NCBI GenBank assembly: GCA_002269645.1
Contig: NIVC01000617.1
Coordinates: forward strand, 124,001-188,000
Direction: 5' to 3'
Origin: Macrostomum lignano
Taxonomy: Eukaryota
Length of the DNA stretch: 64,000 nt
This document shows positions 52,680 to 64,000 of this stretch, one piece after another; the stretch's first letter is position 1, and the number at the start of each line of letters is the position of its first letter. The notes under the pieces were generated by a model. That model was given only the letters and a program-made list of their open reading frames with translations, was not told where the DNA came from and ran no database searches. The position numbers were made by a program, and so were the translations under genes.

Positions 52680-55207
52680 TTACTTATAGTAGACAATGTC
52701 CCAGTGGTTGCTCTCCAGAGCGTAGACATTTTCTCGGCCATCAGTGTACAGCTTTGCTCCGTCAGAGCGTTTACCGCTGTACCGGAATTTGGCCTGGATG
52801 TAGCTGCTTATGCACGGATTCAGAGCGATGTCCAGCTTGTAGCCGTTGTAGTGACTGTAATTGCCGCTTTTGTGCCCCTGCTCAGCGGGTTTTACGATAA
52901 CTGGACTTACATGTACAAATAGCGTCCGTGTTTACAGGTATATCGCATCTCTGTCTAACAGCTAGTTAGCATCTCTAGCTGTTTATCAAGTAGCATCTCT
53001 GTCTAAGAGGTTGCATACCTATATAACAGGTTGCATCCCTATCTAATAGGTAGCAACCCTATCTAACAGTTAGAGCAACCCTTTCTAACAGGTAACATCT
53101 ATATCTAACAGTTAGCAACCCTATCTAACAGGTAGCATCCTTATCTAACAGGTAGAATCCCTATCTAACAGGTAGCAATACTATCTAACAGGTAGCGTTA
53201 CTATCTAACAGGTAGCATCCCTATCTAACAGGTAGCAATACTATCTAACAGGTAGCGTCACTATCTAACAGGTAGCATCCCTATCTAACAGGTAGCAACC
53301 CTATCTAACAGGTAGCAACCCTATCTAACAGGTAGAATCCCTATCTAACAGGTAGCATCCCTATCTAACAGTTAGCAACCCTATCTAACAGGTAGCATCC
53401 CTATCTAATAGGTAGCATCTATATCTAACAGTTAGCAACCCTATCTAACAGGTAGCATCCCTATCTAACAGGTAGCAACACTATCTAACAGATAGCATCC
53501 CTATCTAACAGGTAGCAATACTATCTAACAGGTAGCGTCACTATCTAACAGGTAGCATCCCTATCTAACAGGTAGCAACCCTATCTAACAGGTAGCAACC
53601 CTATCTAACAGGTAGAATCCCTATCTAACAGGTAGCATCCCTATCTAACAGTTAGCAACCCTATCTAACAGGTAGCATCCCTATCTAATAGGTAGCATCT
53701 ATATCTAACAGTTAGCAACCCTATCTAACAGGTAGCATCCCTATCTAACAGTTAGCAACCCTATCTAACAGGTAGCAACCCTATCTAACAGGTAGCAACA
53801 CTATCTAACAGATAGCATCCCTATCTAACAGGTAGCAATCCTATCTAACAGGTAGCAACACTATCTAACAGGTAGCATTCCTATCTAACAGGTAGCAATC
53901 CTATCTAACAGGTAGCAATCCTATCTAACAGGTAGCAACACTATCTAACAGGTAGCATCCCTATCTAACAGGTAGCAACACTATCTAACAGGTAGCATCC
54001 CTATCTAACAGATAGCATCCCTATCTAACAGGTAGCAATCCTATCTAACAGTTAGCAACCCTATCTAACAGGTAGCATCCCTATCTAACAGGTAGCATCC
54101 CTATCTAACAAGTAGAATCCCTATCTAACAGATAGTATCCCTATCTAACAGGTAGCAACACTATCTAACAGGTAGCATCAGTTGTCACAGCCTGACCTTT
54201 TCTGTTCCTCCCGTGATAACAACGCTCTGACAGCCGCACGTTTTCCTGAAAGCGATAATATCGATCACAGTGCTGCAGCGCACCTTCTCCAGCGAGGTGC
54301 AGCCAACGTCACGACAGCCGATGTGACCAGTGCTGGACCTGATCCCGATCCTGGCCGCTGAGCACATTGCCCAGGCCACTTTGTGGCTCAGTTTAGTGCC
54401 AGGTATGCAGCCCGGTGCGGTGTGAAGTGCCGTGCCAATCAGCGACGATTTCATAGTGCGCGGTTGCACCAGGTTGATCAGGGCGAGGCTGGTTCGATCT
54501 CCTCTGAAGACATCGAAGCTTTTACCTGCGAATTGGGAAAAGAGCTCTCAAAGTAGTTTTCCTCGCTTCTAGCTAAACGTTTTTAAAATTCTAGTTGTAC
54601 TGTTAACTATTATGCAGGGATGCGCTATCAGTTAGATAGGGTTGCTGCCTGTTAGATAGGGATGCTACCTGTTAGATAGGGTTGCTACCTGTTAGATAGT
54701 GTTGCTACCTGTTAGATAGGGTTGCTGCCTGTTAGATAGGGTTGCTGCCTGTTAGATAGGGTTGCTGCCTGTTAGATAGGGTTGCTGCCTGTTAGATAGG
54801 GATGCTGCCTGTTAGATAGGGTTGCTGCCTGTTAGATAGGGATGCTACCTGTTAGATAGGGTTGCTACCTGTTAGATAGGGATGCTACCTGTTAGATAGG
54901 GATGCTACCTGTTATATAGGTTTTTCTACCTGTTAGATAGGGATGCTACCTGTTAGATAGGGTTGCTACCTGTTAGATAGGGATGCTACCTGTTATATAG
55001 GTTCTTCTACCTGTTAGATAGGGATGCTACCTGTTAGATAAGGGTTGCCAACTGTTAGATTGGGTTGCTACCCGTTAGATAGAGATTCAGACTGGTAAAT
55101 AAAAACTTACCAATAAAAGTGGAGCGTACTACAGCTTTAGAGTGTGCAGTGGCAGTGAAACACAGCACTCCCAAAAGCAGACCGAAGGCTGAATTAGCAA
55201 CAATCAT
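52680..55207 (-). CDS. Secreted 207-aa Zn-metallopeptidase-like protein (M15/LAS, DD-peptidase/Hedgehog fold; candidate peptidoglycan hydrolase); exons 55207-55111, 54525-54197, 52877-52680
   Basis: Exon 1 encodes the signal peptide MIVANSAFGLLLGVLCFTATAHS (donor G|GTAAGT). Exon 2 (acceptor ttcgcag|, donor AAG|GTCAGG) encodes KLSHKVA...GCRDVGCTSLEKVR...CGC..VVITGGTEK. Exon 3 (acceptor gcag|) encodes GHKSGNYSHYNGYKLD...ALESNHWDIVYYK*. Phases 1 and 0 are consistent; 624 nt including stop. Confidence 0.85.
52945..54180. repeat. 20-bp minisatellite (ctatctaacaggtagcatcc), about 60 copies, in intron 2 of the peptidase gene
   Basis: Tandem periodicity. Confidence 0.95.
54630..55080. repeat. Same 20-bp minisatellite in inverted orientation (gttagatagggttgctgcct), about 22 copies, in intron 1
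   Basis: Reverse complement of the 52945-54180 unit. Confidence 0.93.
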
Positions 55208-55287
55208 AATGTCGAATGCAAGCAGTCGCAGGTACCCAGTGCAGATTGCTCACTAAGCAATTGCAGTTTTCAGCAATTTTCAGTGTC

Positions 55288-55297
55288 TTTATATAAA
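55288..55297 (-). promoter_or_regulatory. Candidate TATA box (TTTATATAAA) of the peptidase gene
   Basis: About 80 nt upstream of the ATG at 55207. Confidence 0.4.
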
Positions 55298-55483
55298 CAG
55301 TTGATATGCAGCAACATCACGAGACTATAATAATTTGTCTAATCTGCTGTTGCAGATCTCTTTAATTTATTTAGCATTACCCCTGCTAGTACACTGCAGC
55401 TTCGGAAATTGATAAGCTTAAATGAGGTGCTATTTTTAAATTCACGTCCTTATAAATGCTAAGATTAAATATTGTACAGATCA

Positions 55484-55751
55484 GTGGTTGTATCCTAGTG
55501 GCTAAGAGCGTCGGACTCACGACTTGAAGGTCGGTGGTTCGATTCTTGACCCACTCGAAACAACTTGTGTCCTTGAGCAATACACTTAACTCTGCATTGC
55601 TTCAGTTCACCCAGCTGTAATGGGTGCCAGCATTAGCTGGGGTAATTGAGGGTGTGTAGCGACGCCCCAGTCCTTGGACTGAACAGCCGTACGCAGCCTT
55701 CAGATGCGCCGCGCAATAGCTGCGGCTGAGCTGTCGGTCGCACATCTGGCC
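55484..55751 (+). mobile_element. Most complete CORE-like tRNA SINE copy
   Basis: A box TAGTGGCTAAGAG, B box GGTTCGATTC, CORE-like centre, and a 3' part shared with the 1678 and 36887 copies. Confidence 0.85.
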
Positions 55752-56157
55752 CAATTCAGGAAGGTCTAAACAATTATTTTTATTTATTAAATTAGATAAA
55801 ATATTATAAAATGTTTTGACAATGTTTTTATTCCTACTCGTAAGTAGCAAACCATGAATAGAAAGCACATGCATCAAACACGGCATTTCCAAATAGCCCA
55901 AACAAGTTTTACGCCTTTTTCAATAGATCAGAATGTGACAGCTGAGGATTGTCTTAACTACTAAGATGATGTAAAATCCAAGTTTCACAGCGTTTAATGA
56001 ATCGATTAAATGATGGGCACCTGAGAATCCATTGTGTAAGCTTCTTGTTCAGGTTATATATCAAGCATGCAAAACAACAAGACGAACGTTTTTGATAGCT
56101 GTAAGCTGAGTGATAGCTCGTCAAAAAGAACTGATTTTAAATCCTGTTATTAACTAA

Positions 56158-56497
<340 letters not shown>

Positions 56498-56916
56498 GCT
56501 CGGTGACTCACACGACAGCGGACAGACACGACAACACAAGGAGGGCAGGCAGCCTGAGTGACTGTGGCTGCGTGGGCAGTGCAGATATTGTATTTATCAG
56601 TGTAGTAACCCCGGTTCCCATGCGGCCAGCTAAAGGAATGAACGAAGCCGCAGCCCATGCAGTTATCGCGGCTCCGTTCATGGTTTTGTAAGTCGGAATC
56701 GGCCGTCGCTTATCAATTCACTTTGACAGAAAGGAATAAATCGCTGCTAGATAAAACCAGTCCACGCGCTCTATTGTATGAAGCCTTTGCTCTTCTAGTC
56801 GGTTGGATATTTTACAACTAGCTATCCAGTAGGTTTGGTCAGGTATAGTGCGTATTGAAATAGTTCTATTGTTATATAGTTCTATTGAAACAACAGTAGA
56901 TCCTTATTGACTATAG

Positions 56917-57306
56917 ATGGCTTTGAATATTGAACTATTGCTAGCTCTGCTTCTAGTAGCGAGCGGCTGCAACCGCTTAGCCAGCAGTTCGCCTGTTGCC
57001 GGGACGACCAACGGAGACGAAGACTACCTGGAGGAGTTGGTCCGACGCCAGTTCTCGCTTAGTCCGGGTTTCCCAGCCATCGGCAAGCGGTCAGACTCGG
57101 CCGCTGATTCGGCCAAGCCGGCAGAGCCACCGCAGAGCGCATCGTCAGCCCCAGCCGACTGCGTCAGCAAGCAGGAGTTCCAGCAGCTCAGGCGCACCGT
57201 GGCGGCCATCTATTTGAAGATGCTGGAGGCCAATCTTGTTGATAGTCGACGAAATCGTCTGCAACGCCAGCTGATGATGCTACGCCAGCAGAAGCAAAAG
57301 CGTTGA
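56917..57306 (+). CDS. Neuropeptide precursor, 129 aa, predicted to yield pGlu-FSLSPGFPAI-amide
   Basis: Signal peptide MALNIELLLALLLVASG; acidic spacer; RR-QFSLSPGFPAI-G-KR. Acceptor tatag|ATG, with an upstream donor GTAAGT at 56688. Confidence 0.8.
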   Translation: MALNIELLLALLLVASGCNRLASSSPVAGTTNGDEDYLEELVRRQFSLSPGFPAIGKRSDSAADSAKPAEPPQSASSAPADCVSKQEFQQLRRTVAAIYLKMLEANLVDSRRNRLQRQLMMLRQQKQKR

Positions 57307-58839
57307 TTTGAAAACCGTTTCTTAAAGTTACGTAATAATTTAAACTATTTAAACTACCATTTTAACAAACTGTCAATTCACTGTTTGTTCTTTTTTGTTT
57401 GAATTGACAGTCAGTTTGATAAAATCATCAATAAGCTATAAACTGTTTTTGTTATACTAATGAAAAATGACTATCTATTTAAAATACCATTTTTAACAAA
57501 CTGTCAATTATCTGGTTGTTATTTTTTGTTCAAATGAACAGTTAGTTTTAAAAAATGATCAATAAGCTATAAACTGTTTTTGTTATACTAATCGAAATTG
57601 ACTAACGCAATCAATATGTTATAGATAAAGTTAATTTTTATTTAAATTAGTTATGCAATAAAAATATTTTGTTGCTTGAATATTTCTTGCTTGATTTGCC
57701 AATTTAAAAAAACCTACTTTGCTTTGTTTCTGTGGGTTTTCAAATAAGTGTGAATTTGTTTGTTATAATCTGTCTGCTCGTGTTTTTAAACAGCTTGCTT
57801 ATCGTCGTGTGTTACATAAAAGCAGCTGTTAATGAAACACAAATATAGCACACGAAGTACTGTTGTCATTAATTTTAATAATAAAAAAATTCAATATGAA
57901 TTCCATAAATTTTACCTTATTGTAATAGTTTTTAATTTAATATTTAACTATTTAAAATGAAGTAGATTTACGCCGCGTCACTATACCGGTAAAGCCGTTT
58001 TTTCGTTAAAATCATCTTTTCCATTTCAAAGAACTGAAAAGAGTTTCTGGAAATAATTTTAATTAAACTTTCTGATAAAATATTGAATACCATTTTCATA
58101 ATTTTTATGGGCTTCGGAGTTCTCTGTTTATTCTGAAGTAACTTGGAGTTCACATCGGGCATTATGTGAAAACTATGTGAATGAAAAGATCTCACAGAAT
58201 GGAAGTCAGCGCGTGATTAAAAACCGATCTTTTTCTGGCTCTCTGCAGTCTCGTGAGCTGCTGATGAAGCAGAATAAATCGTGATTTCGGGGCCTACACC
58301 TGGCAAGGAATTTAATCCACATATATGTATAAGAATTTGAATAAGAACTGGATCTTTACTACGATTGCAATTAGTGAGTGGGGAAGAAGCTGGCTGAGAG
58401 GATCAGTTGATGAGGCGCAGCACGAATCGCTCAAGATTTCCTGCTGGGAACATTAGAATTTCCTGCAATTTCGCACTCTTGGTGCGTAGCGTACGTGTAG
58501 AAGCAGAAAAAATGGAAAAAAGAATCTGAGGGCGATCGGCTGTTTTATTCGTCCTTCTGCTATACTCGCTGGATAATGTTGCTAGGATAGATTTTCATGG
58601 GTCCGTGCTTGAAACCAAACTTAAGATAGCGTCAGCTATTCGATCGCTAAGGTCAAGGAGGCCTCCCTTAATTAGTAAAACCCGGTACCCCGGCTCATTA
58701 ATTGCTGTTCTGTGCCGTTCATCTTTATAGCTATCAGTTACAAACGCTTAAATTTCATCAGCGTCACTCTTTGACAGCAATTGTCAAGCATACACACGAA
58801 CACACGAAACATTAAGGAGGCTTTTGCTGAAGTGAGGTT

Positions 58840-59960
58840 TTCCCGCAAGAGGTTTCCCCGACAGGAGGTTTCCCCGACAGGAGGTTTCCCCGGCAGGAGG
58901 TTTCCCCGACAGGAGGTTTCCCCGACAGGAGGTTTCCCCGACAGGAGGTTTCCCCGACAGGAGGTTTCCCCGGCAGGAGGTTTTCTCTGAAAAGGTTTTC
59001 CCGCAGGAGATTTACCGACAAGAGGTTTTCCCGCAGGAGATTTACCGACAAGAGGTTTTCCCACAAGAGATTTACCGACAAGAGGTTTTCCCGCAGGAGA
59101 TTTACCGACAAGAGGTTTTCCCGCAGGAGATTTACCGACAAGAGGTTTTCCCGCAGGAGATTTACCGACAAGAGGTTTTCCCGCAGGAGATTTACCGACA
59201 AGAGGTTTTCCCGCAGGAGATTTACCGACAAGAGGTTTTCCCGCAGGAGATTTACCGACAAGAGGTTTTCCCGCAGGAGATTTACCGACAAGAGGTTTTC
59301 CCGCAGGAGATTTACCGACAAGAGGTTTTCCCGCAGGAGATTTACCGACAAGAGGTTTTCCCACAGGAGATTTACCGACAAGAGGTTTTCCCGCAGGAGA
59401 TTTACCGACAAGAGGTTTTCCCGCAGGAGATTTACCGACAAGAGGTTTTCCCGCAGGAGATTTACCGACAAGAGGTTTTCCCGCAGGAGATTTACCGACA
59501 AGAGGTTTTCCCACAGGAGATTTACCGACAAGAGGTTTTCCCACAGGAGATTTACCGACAAGAGGTTTTCCCACAGGAGATTTACCGACAAGAGGTTTTC
59601 CCAGTGCAGATTTACCGACAAGAGGTTTTCCCGCAAGAGGTTTTCCCGCAAGAGGTTTTCCCACAAGAGGTTTTCCCGCAGGAGATTTACCGACAAGAGG
59701 TTTTCCCAGTGCAGATTTACCGACAAGAGGTTTTCCCACAAGAGGTTTTCCCGCAGGAGATTTACCGACAAGAGGTTTTCCCAGTGCAGATTTACCGACA
59801 AGAGGTTTTCCCAGTGCAGATTTACCGACAAGAGGTTTTCCCACAGGAGGCTTCCCCGCAAGAGGTTTTCCCATAGAAGGTTTCCCCGCTGGAGGTTTTT
59901 CCACAGAAGGTTTTCCTACAGGAGGTTTTCCCGCAAGGGTATTTCCGCAGGAGGTTTTCC
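58840..59960. repeat. 16-bp and 30-bp (2x15) minisatellite (aagaggttttcccgcaggagatttaccgac)
   Basis: Tandem periodicity. Confidence 0.93.
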
Positions 59961-60449
59961 GCCGGTTTGCACTGTCCTGTTGATCTTGCAAACTTCGACG
60001 AATAGCTCATATAGACCCGGGTTTGACGGGCTCCTGAGCTCTAAATTGATTATAAATTTTTCAAATGAGATTTCTTATTTTTAACAACCACTATATAGAA
60101 GAAGTAAAATTAAAAAAGTGAATTGAATTTCCAGCTCGAGCACGGGTTTAGCTTTTCGACAGGCTATTGTTAATCAGCATGATGTTCCCAACCGATCGTG
60201 ACTGATTAATTCAACTTGGCTAATCGTTTTTTTTATTAAAATTTGACATTTAGCCCAAACTTAGTGCAACCGTGATCAGAGCTTTGTCCTGCCTTCATCA
60301 GAGAGTTTTTCTAAAGCAAAATTAAACAATAAGCACGCACAAAGCTGAGTTCACTTCCTATTCTTTGCACTCTCATTGTAATTAGGCTTGACTTGAAGCT
60401 TAATAAAATACTAATGAGACAGCTCTCTCCTGTCTCGCCCCGAATGTGT

Positions 60450-61250
60450 TCTCTTATCTTTCTCTAATCTCAGTCTAATCTCTCTCTTATCTCAGTCTAA
60501 TCTCTCTCTTATCTCAATCTAATCTCTCTCTTATCTCAATCTAATCTCTCTCTTATCTCGATCTAGTCTCTCTCTCATCTCAATCTAATCTCTCTTATCT
60601 CGATCTAATCTCTCTCTTATCTCAATCTAATCTCTCTTATCTCAATCTAATCTCTCTTATCTCAATCTAATCTCTCTCTGATCCCAGTCTAATGTCTCTC
60701 TGATCCAAGTCTAATCTTTCGCTAATTTAAATCTAATCTCTCTGATCTCAATCTATTCTCTCTGATCCAAATCCATTATCTCTCTTATCTCAATCTAATC
60801 TCTCTCTCTGATCCCAGTCTAATCTCTCCGATCTCAATCTAATCTCTCTGATCTCCCTCACTCTAGTCTCTCTCTAATTCCAGTCCAATCTCTCTGATCG
60901 CACTCTAATCTCTCTCTGATCTCACTCTAATCTCTCTGATCTCACTCTAATCTCTCTGATCTCACTCTAATCTCTCTCATCTCAGCCTAGTCTCTCTCTA
61001 ATTCCAGTCTAATCTCTCTTATCTCACTCTAATCTCTCTGATCTCACCCTAATCTCTCTGATCTCAGTCTAGTCTCTCTCTGATCTGACTTTAATCTGTC
61101 TCTCTTTCTGATCTGAGCCTAATCTCTCTCTAATCCCAGTCTAATCTCATTCTAATTTCTCTCTAATCTCAATCTAACCTCTCTCTGATCTTTTTCTGAT
61201 TTGTCTTTGATCTCATTCTGATCTCTCTGATTTCACTCTCTCATATATAA
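60450..61250. repeat. CT-rich degenerate repeat (ctcttatctcaatctaatct)
   Basis: Directly visible. Confidence 0.88.
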
Positions 61251-61572
61251 ATCTCATATATCTAAGTTTATGTTATCGTTTATACATTTCATAAAATTCT
61301 CCCTCAGCACAATTCATTATTACAGCCGCCTCCCCCATATTTTAACAAAAGCAAGCCGCAGCTCACAAAATGTACATATTTTTGCTTGTGAAACCACACC
61401 AGACTCATGCGAAACGCAAACTATGATTTTATACAGCAGCCCTACTGTGTCCCATCTGTCAGACAGATTCGATTGTAATTAGGCTTGACTTGAAGCTTAA
61501 TAAAATACTAATGAGACAGCTCTCTCCTGTCTCGCCCCGAATGTGTTCTACTAATACTACTACTAATACTAC

Positions 61573-61603
<31 letters not shown>

Positions 61604-61604
61604 G

Positions 61605-61637
<33 letters not shown>

Positions 61638-61944
61638 ATACTCAATAATCAATATTGCTACTACGTCACTGCCATTTAAAGATATTTTTGACGGTTTTTT
61701 AGCGTGTAAATCCTCAGCTGCTACCCCACACTCTCGACTGGGTGTCTGAAATGATTTGATAGTCAACAGTTCTTTACTAAAAAGTGGATAAAAAATCCCA
61801 GAAATCGGATTTAAGTAGAAAAAATTGTGGAATTCAAGCTTGATTGACAGTCTTAGAAAGTTTCACTTTAGAAATCAGGGAGCGTTTGTACTTTCGTTTA
61901 GTTCAATTCATACAGGCGGATCTTTGCAAATAGAGACACCGCTC

Positions 61945-62912
61945 AAATACAGACATCTGGGTTCAAATACAGACATCTGGGTTCAAATACAGACATCTTG
62001 GTTCAAATACAGACATCTGGGTTCAAATACAGACATCTGGGTTCAAATACAGACATCTTGGTTCAAATACAGACATCTTGGTTCAAATACAGACATCTGG
62101 GTTCAAATACAGACATCTGGGTTCAAATACAGACATTTGGGTTCAAACACAGACATCTGGGTTCAAATACAGACATCTGGGTTCAAATACAGACATCTGG
62201 GTTCAAATACAGACATCTGGGTTCAAATACAGACATCTGGGTTCAAATACAGACATCTGGGTTCAAATACAGACATCTGGGTTCAAATACAGACATCTGG
62301 GTTCAAACACAGACATCTGGGTTCAAATACAGACATCTTTGTTTAAATACAGACATCTGGGTTCAAATACAGACATCTGGGTTCAAACACAGACATCTGG
62401 GTTCAAATACAGACATCTGGGTTCAAATACAGACATCTGGGTTCAAACACAGACATCTGGGTTCAAATACAGACATCTGGGTTCAAACACAGACATCTGG
62501 GTTCAAATACAGACATCTGGGTTCAAATACAGACATCTGGGTTCAAATACAGACATCTGGGTTCAAATACAGACATCTGGGTTCAAATACAGACATCTGG
62601 GTTCAAATACAGACATCTGGGTTCAAATACAGACATCTTTGTTTAAATACAGACATCTTTGTTTAAATACAGACATCTGGGTTCAAATACAGACATCTGG
62701 GTTCAAATACAGACATCTGGGTTCAAATACAGACATCTTTGTTTAAATACAGACATCTTTGTTTAAATACAGACATCTGGGTTCAAATACAGACATCTGG
62801 GTTCAAATACAGACATCTGGGTTCAAATACAGACATCTGGGTTTAAATACAGACATCTGGGTTCAAATACAGACATCTGGGTTCAAATACAGACATCTGG
62901 GTTTAAATACAG
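61945..62912. repeat. 20-bp minisatellite (ggttcaaatacagacatctg), about 48 copies
   Basis: Tandem periodicity. Confidence 0.96.
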
Positions 62913-63304
62913 AAATACTCGAACACGGTGACCAGTCTATTGTTCCTCTCACTATAAGGCAATAATCAAAGGATGATATAAAAGAAATCCCACAGACATT
63001 GCACAAGCAGCAAGGCTGCCACGCCCATAAAATTTATAACCTGGATTTGATGACGCACAGTTTTGTTATTAGCTGAGGGTTATTTTTGTGCCAACCCGTG
63101 AACCGGGTCTTCTGCACGCTCGCAGAAAGGGATGTTTGGCCAATGGGGTAGTTTGTACTTTTACTGTCAGATATGCGAAGCAATACAAATGCCACAGCTG
63201 GCTTTTGGGGATAATTAATTAGACAGAAGAATGTTGCAGAAATAATCTCCAATGCAGGTGTTCTTGAATAGGGAAATATATTTTAATTAATAGCTCAATG
63301 ATGT

Positions 63305-63900
63305 CTTATTGGTATCTCATTCATATATCATTGGTATTTCATTGGTATCTCATTGGTATCTCATTCATATATCATTGGTATTTCATTGGTATCTCATTGG
63401 TATCTTATTCATATATCATTGGTATTTCATTGGTATCTCATTGGTATCTCATTCATATATCATTGGTATTTCATTGGTATCTCATTGGTATCTCATGCAT
63501 ATATCATTGGTATTTCATTGGTATCTCATTGGTATCTCATTCATATATCATTGGTATTTCATTGGTATCTCATTGGTATCTCATGCATATATCATTGGTA
63601 TTTCATTGGTATCTCATTGGTATCTCATTCATATATCATTGGTATTTCATTGGTATCTCGTTGGTATCTCATTCATATATCATTGGTATTTCATTGGTAT
63701 CTCATTGGTATCTCATTCATATATCATTGGTATTTCATTGACATCTCATTGATATCTCATCGGTATCCCATTGGTATCTCATTGACATCTCATTAGTATC
63801 TCATTGATATCTCATTGATATCTCATTGGTATCTCATTCATATACCATTGGTATCTCATTGATATCTCATTGGTGTTTCATTGACAACTCATGGGTGTCT
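63305..63900. repeat. 44-bp higher-order repeat built from 11-mers (tcattggtatc)
   Basis: Four 11-bp subunits per unit. Confidence 0.93.
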
Positions 63901-64000
63901 CATTGATTTAATGACTAACTCAAAACAGAATGATGGCCTCAGTTTAGGTTGGAGACAAAATCCTTTGTTTCTAAGTTGTTTTATTGTGAATATCTATAAT

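Noticed and set aside
56503-56691. 62-aa ORF upstream of the neuropeptide
   Set aside because: Ends at the 5'UTR donor (56688); its ATGs are out of frame with the precursor; likely UTR sequence.
58738-59991. 417-aa (GKPLVGKSPA)n ORF resembling a Lys-rich adhesive or structural protein
   Set aside because: The array grades into 16-bp units, several frames are equally open, and there is no signal peptide or splice support. Treated as a minisatellite; RNA-seq could overturn this.

Overview
This is eukaryotic (animal) genomic DNA: GC-rich exons sit in AT-rich, minisatellite-filled introns and intergenic DNA, with GT-AG splicing. The style suggests an invertebrate, plausibly a free-living flatworm such as Macrostomum (inference only). 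Genes reconstructed by hand: the last exon of an i-type lysozyme with an in-frame TGA (+), a TPMT-like methyltransferase (-), an intronless class A GPCR (-), a GT31 beta-1,3-glycosyltransferase (-), an intronless DEG/ENaC channel (+), MFSD3 (-), an intron-containing tRNA-Tyr (+), RPLP1 (-), an orphan ORF with a mitochondrial-like presequence (+), a 9-exon DHX34 (-), a decayed RTE-type LINE (+), and an amidated neuropeptide precursor (+). The most notable feature is missed by the ORF track: a 3-exon, 207-aa secreted protein (55207..52680, -). It carries the H-x6-D ... E-x-x-H zinc motifs of the M15/LAS (DD-peptidase/Hedgehog fold) peptidoglycan hydrolases and resembles microbial/fungal secreted proteins, so it is a candidate horizontally acquired antibacterial enzyme. 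Its middle exon is flanked by inverted arrays of the same 20-bp minisatellite. The window also holds CORE-like tRNA-derived SINEs, MITEs with 8-bp TSDs and many tandem arrays. No database searches were run; all homology calls come from motif recognition.
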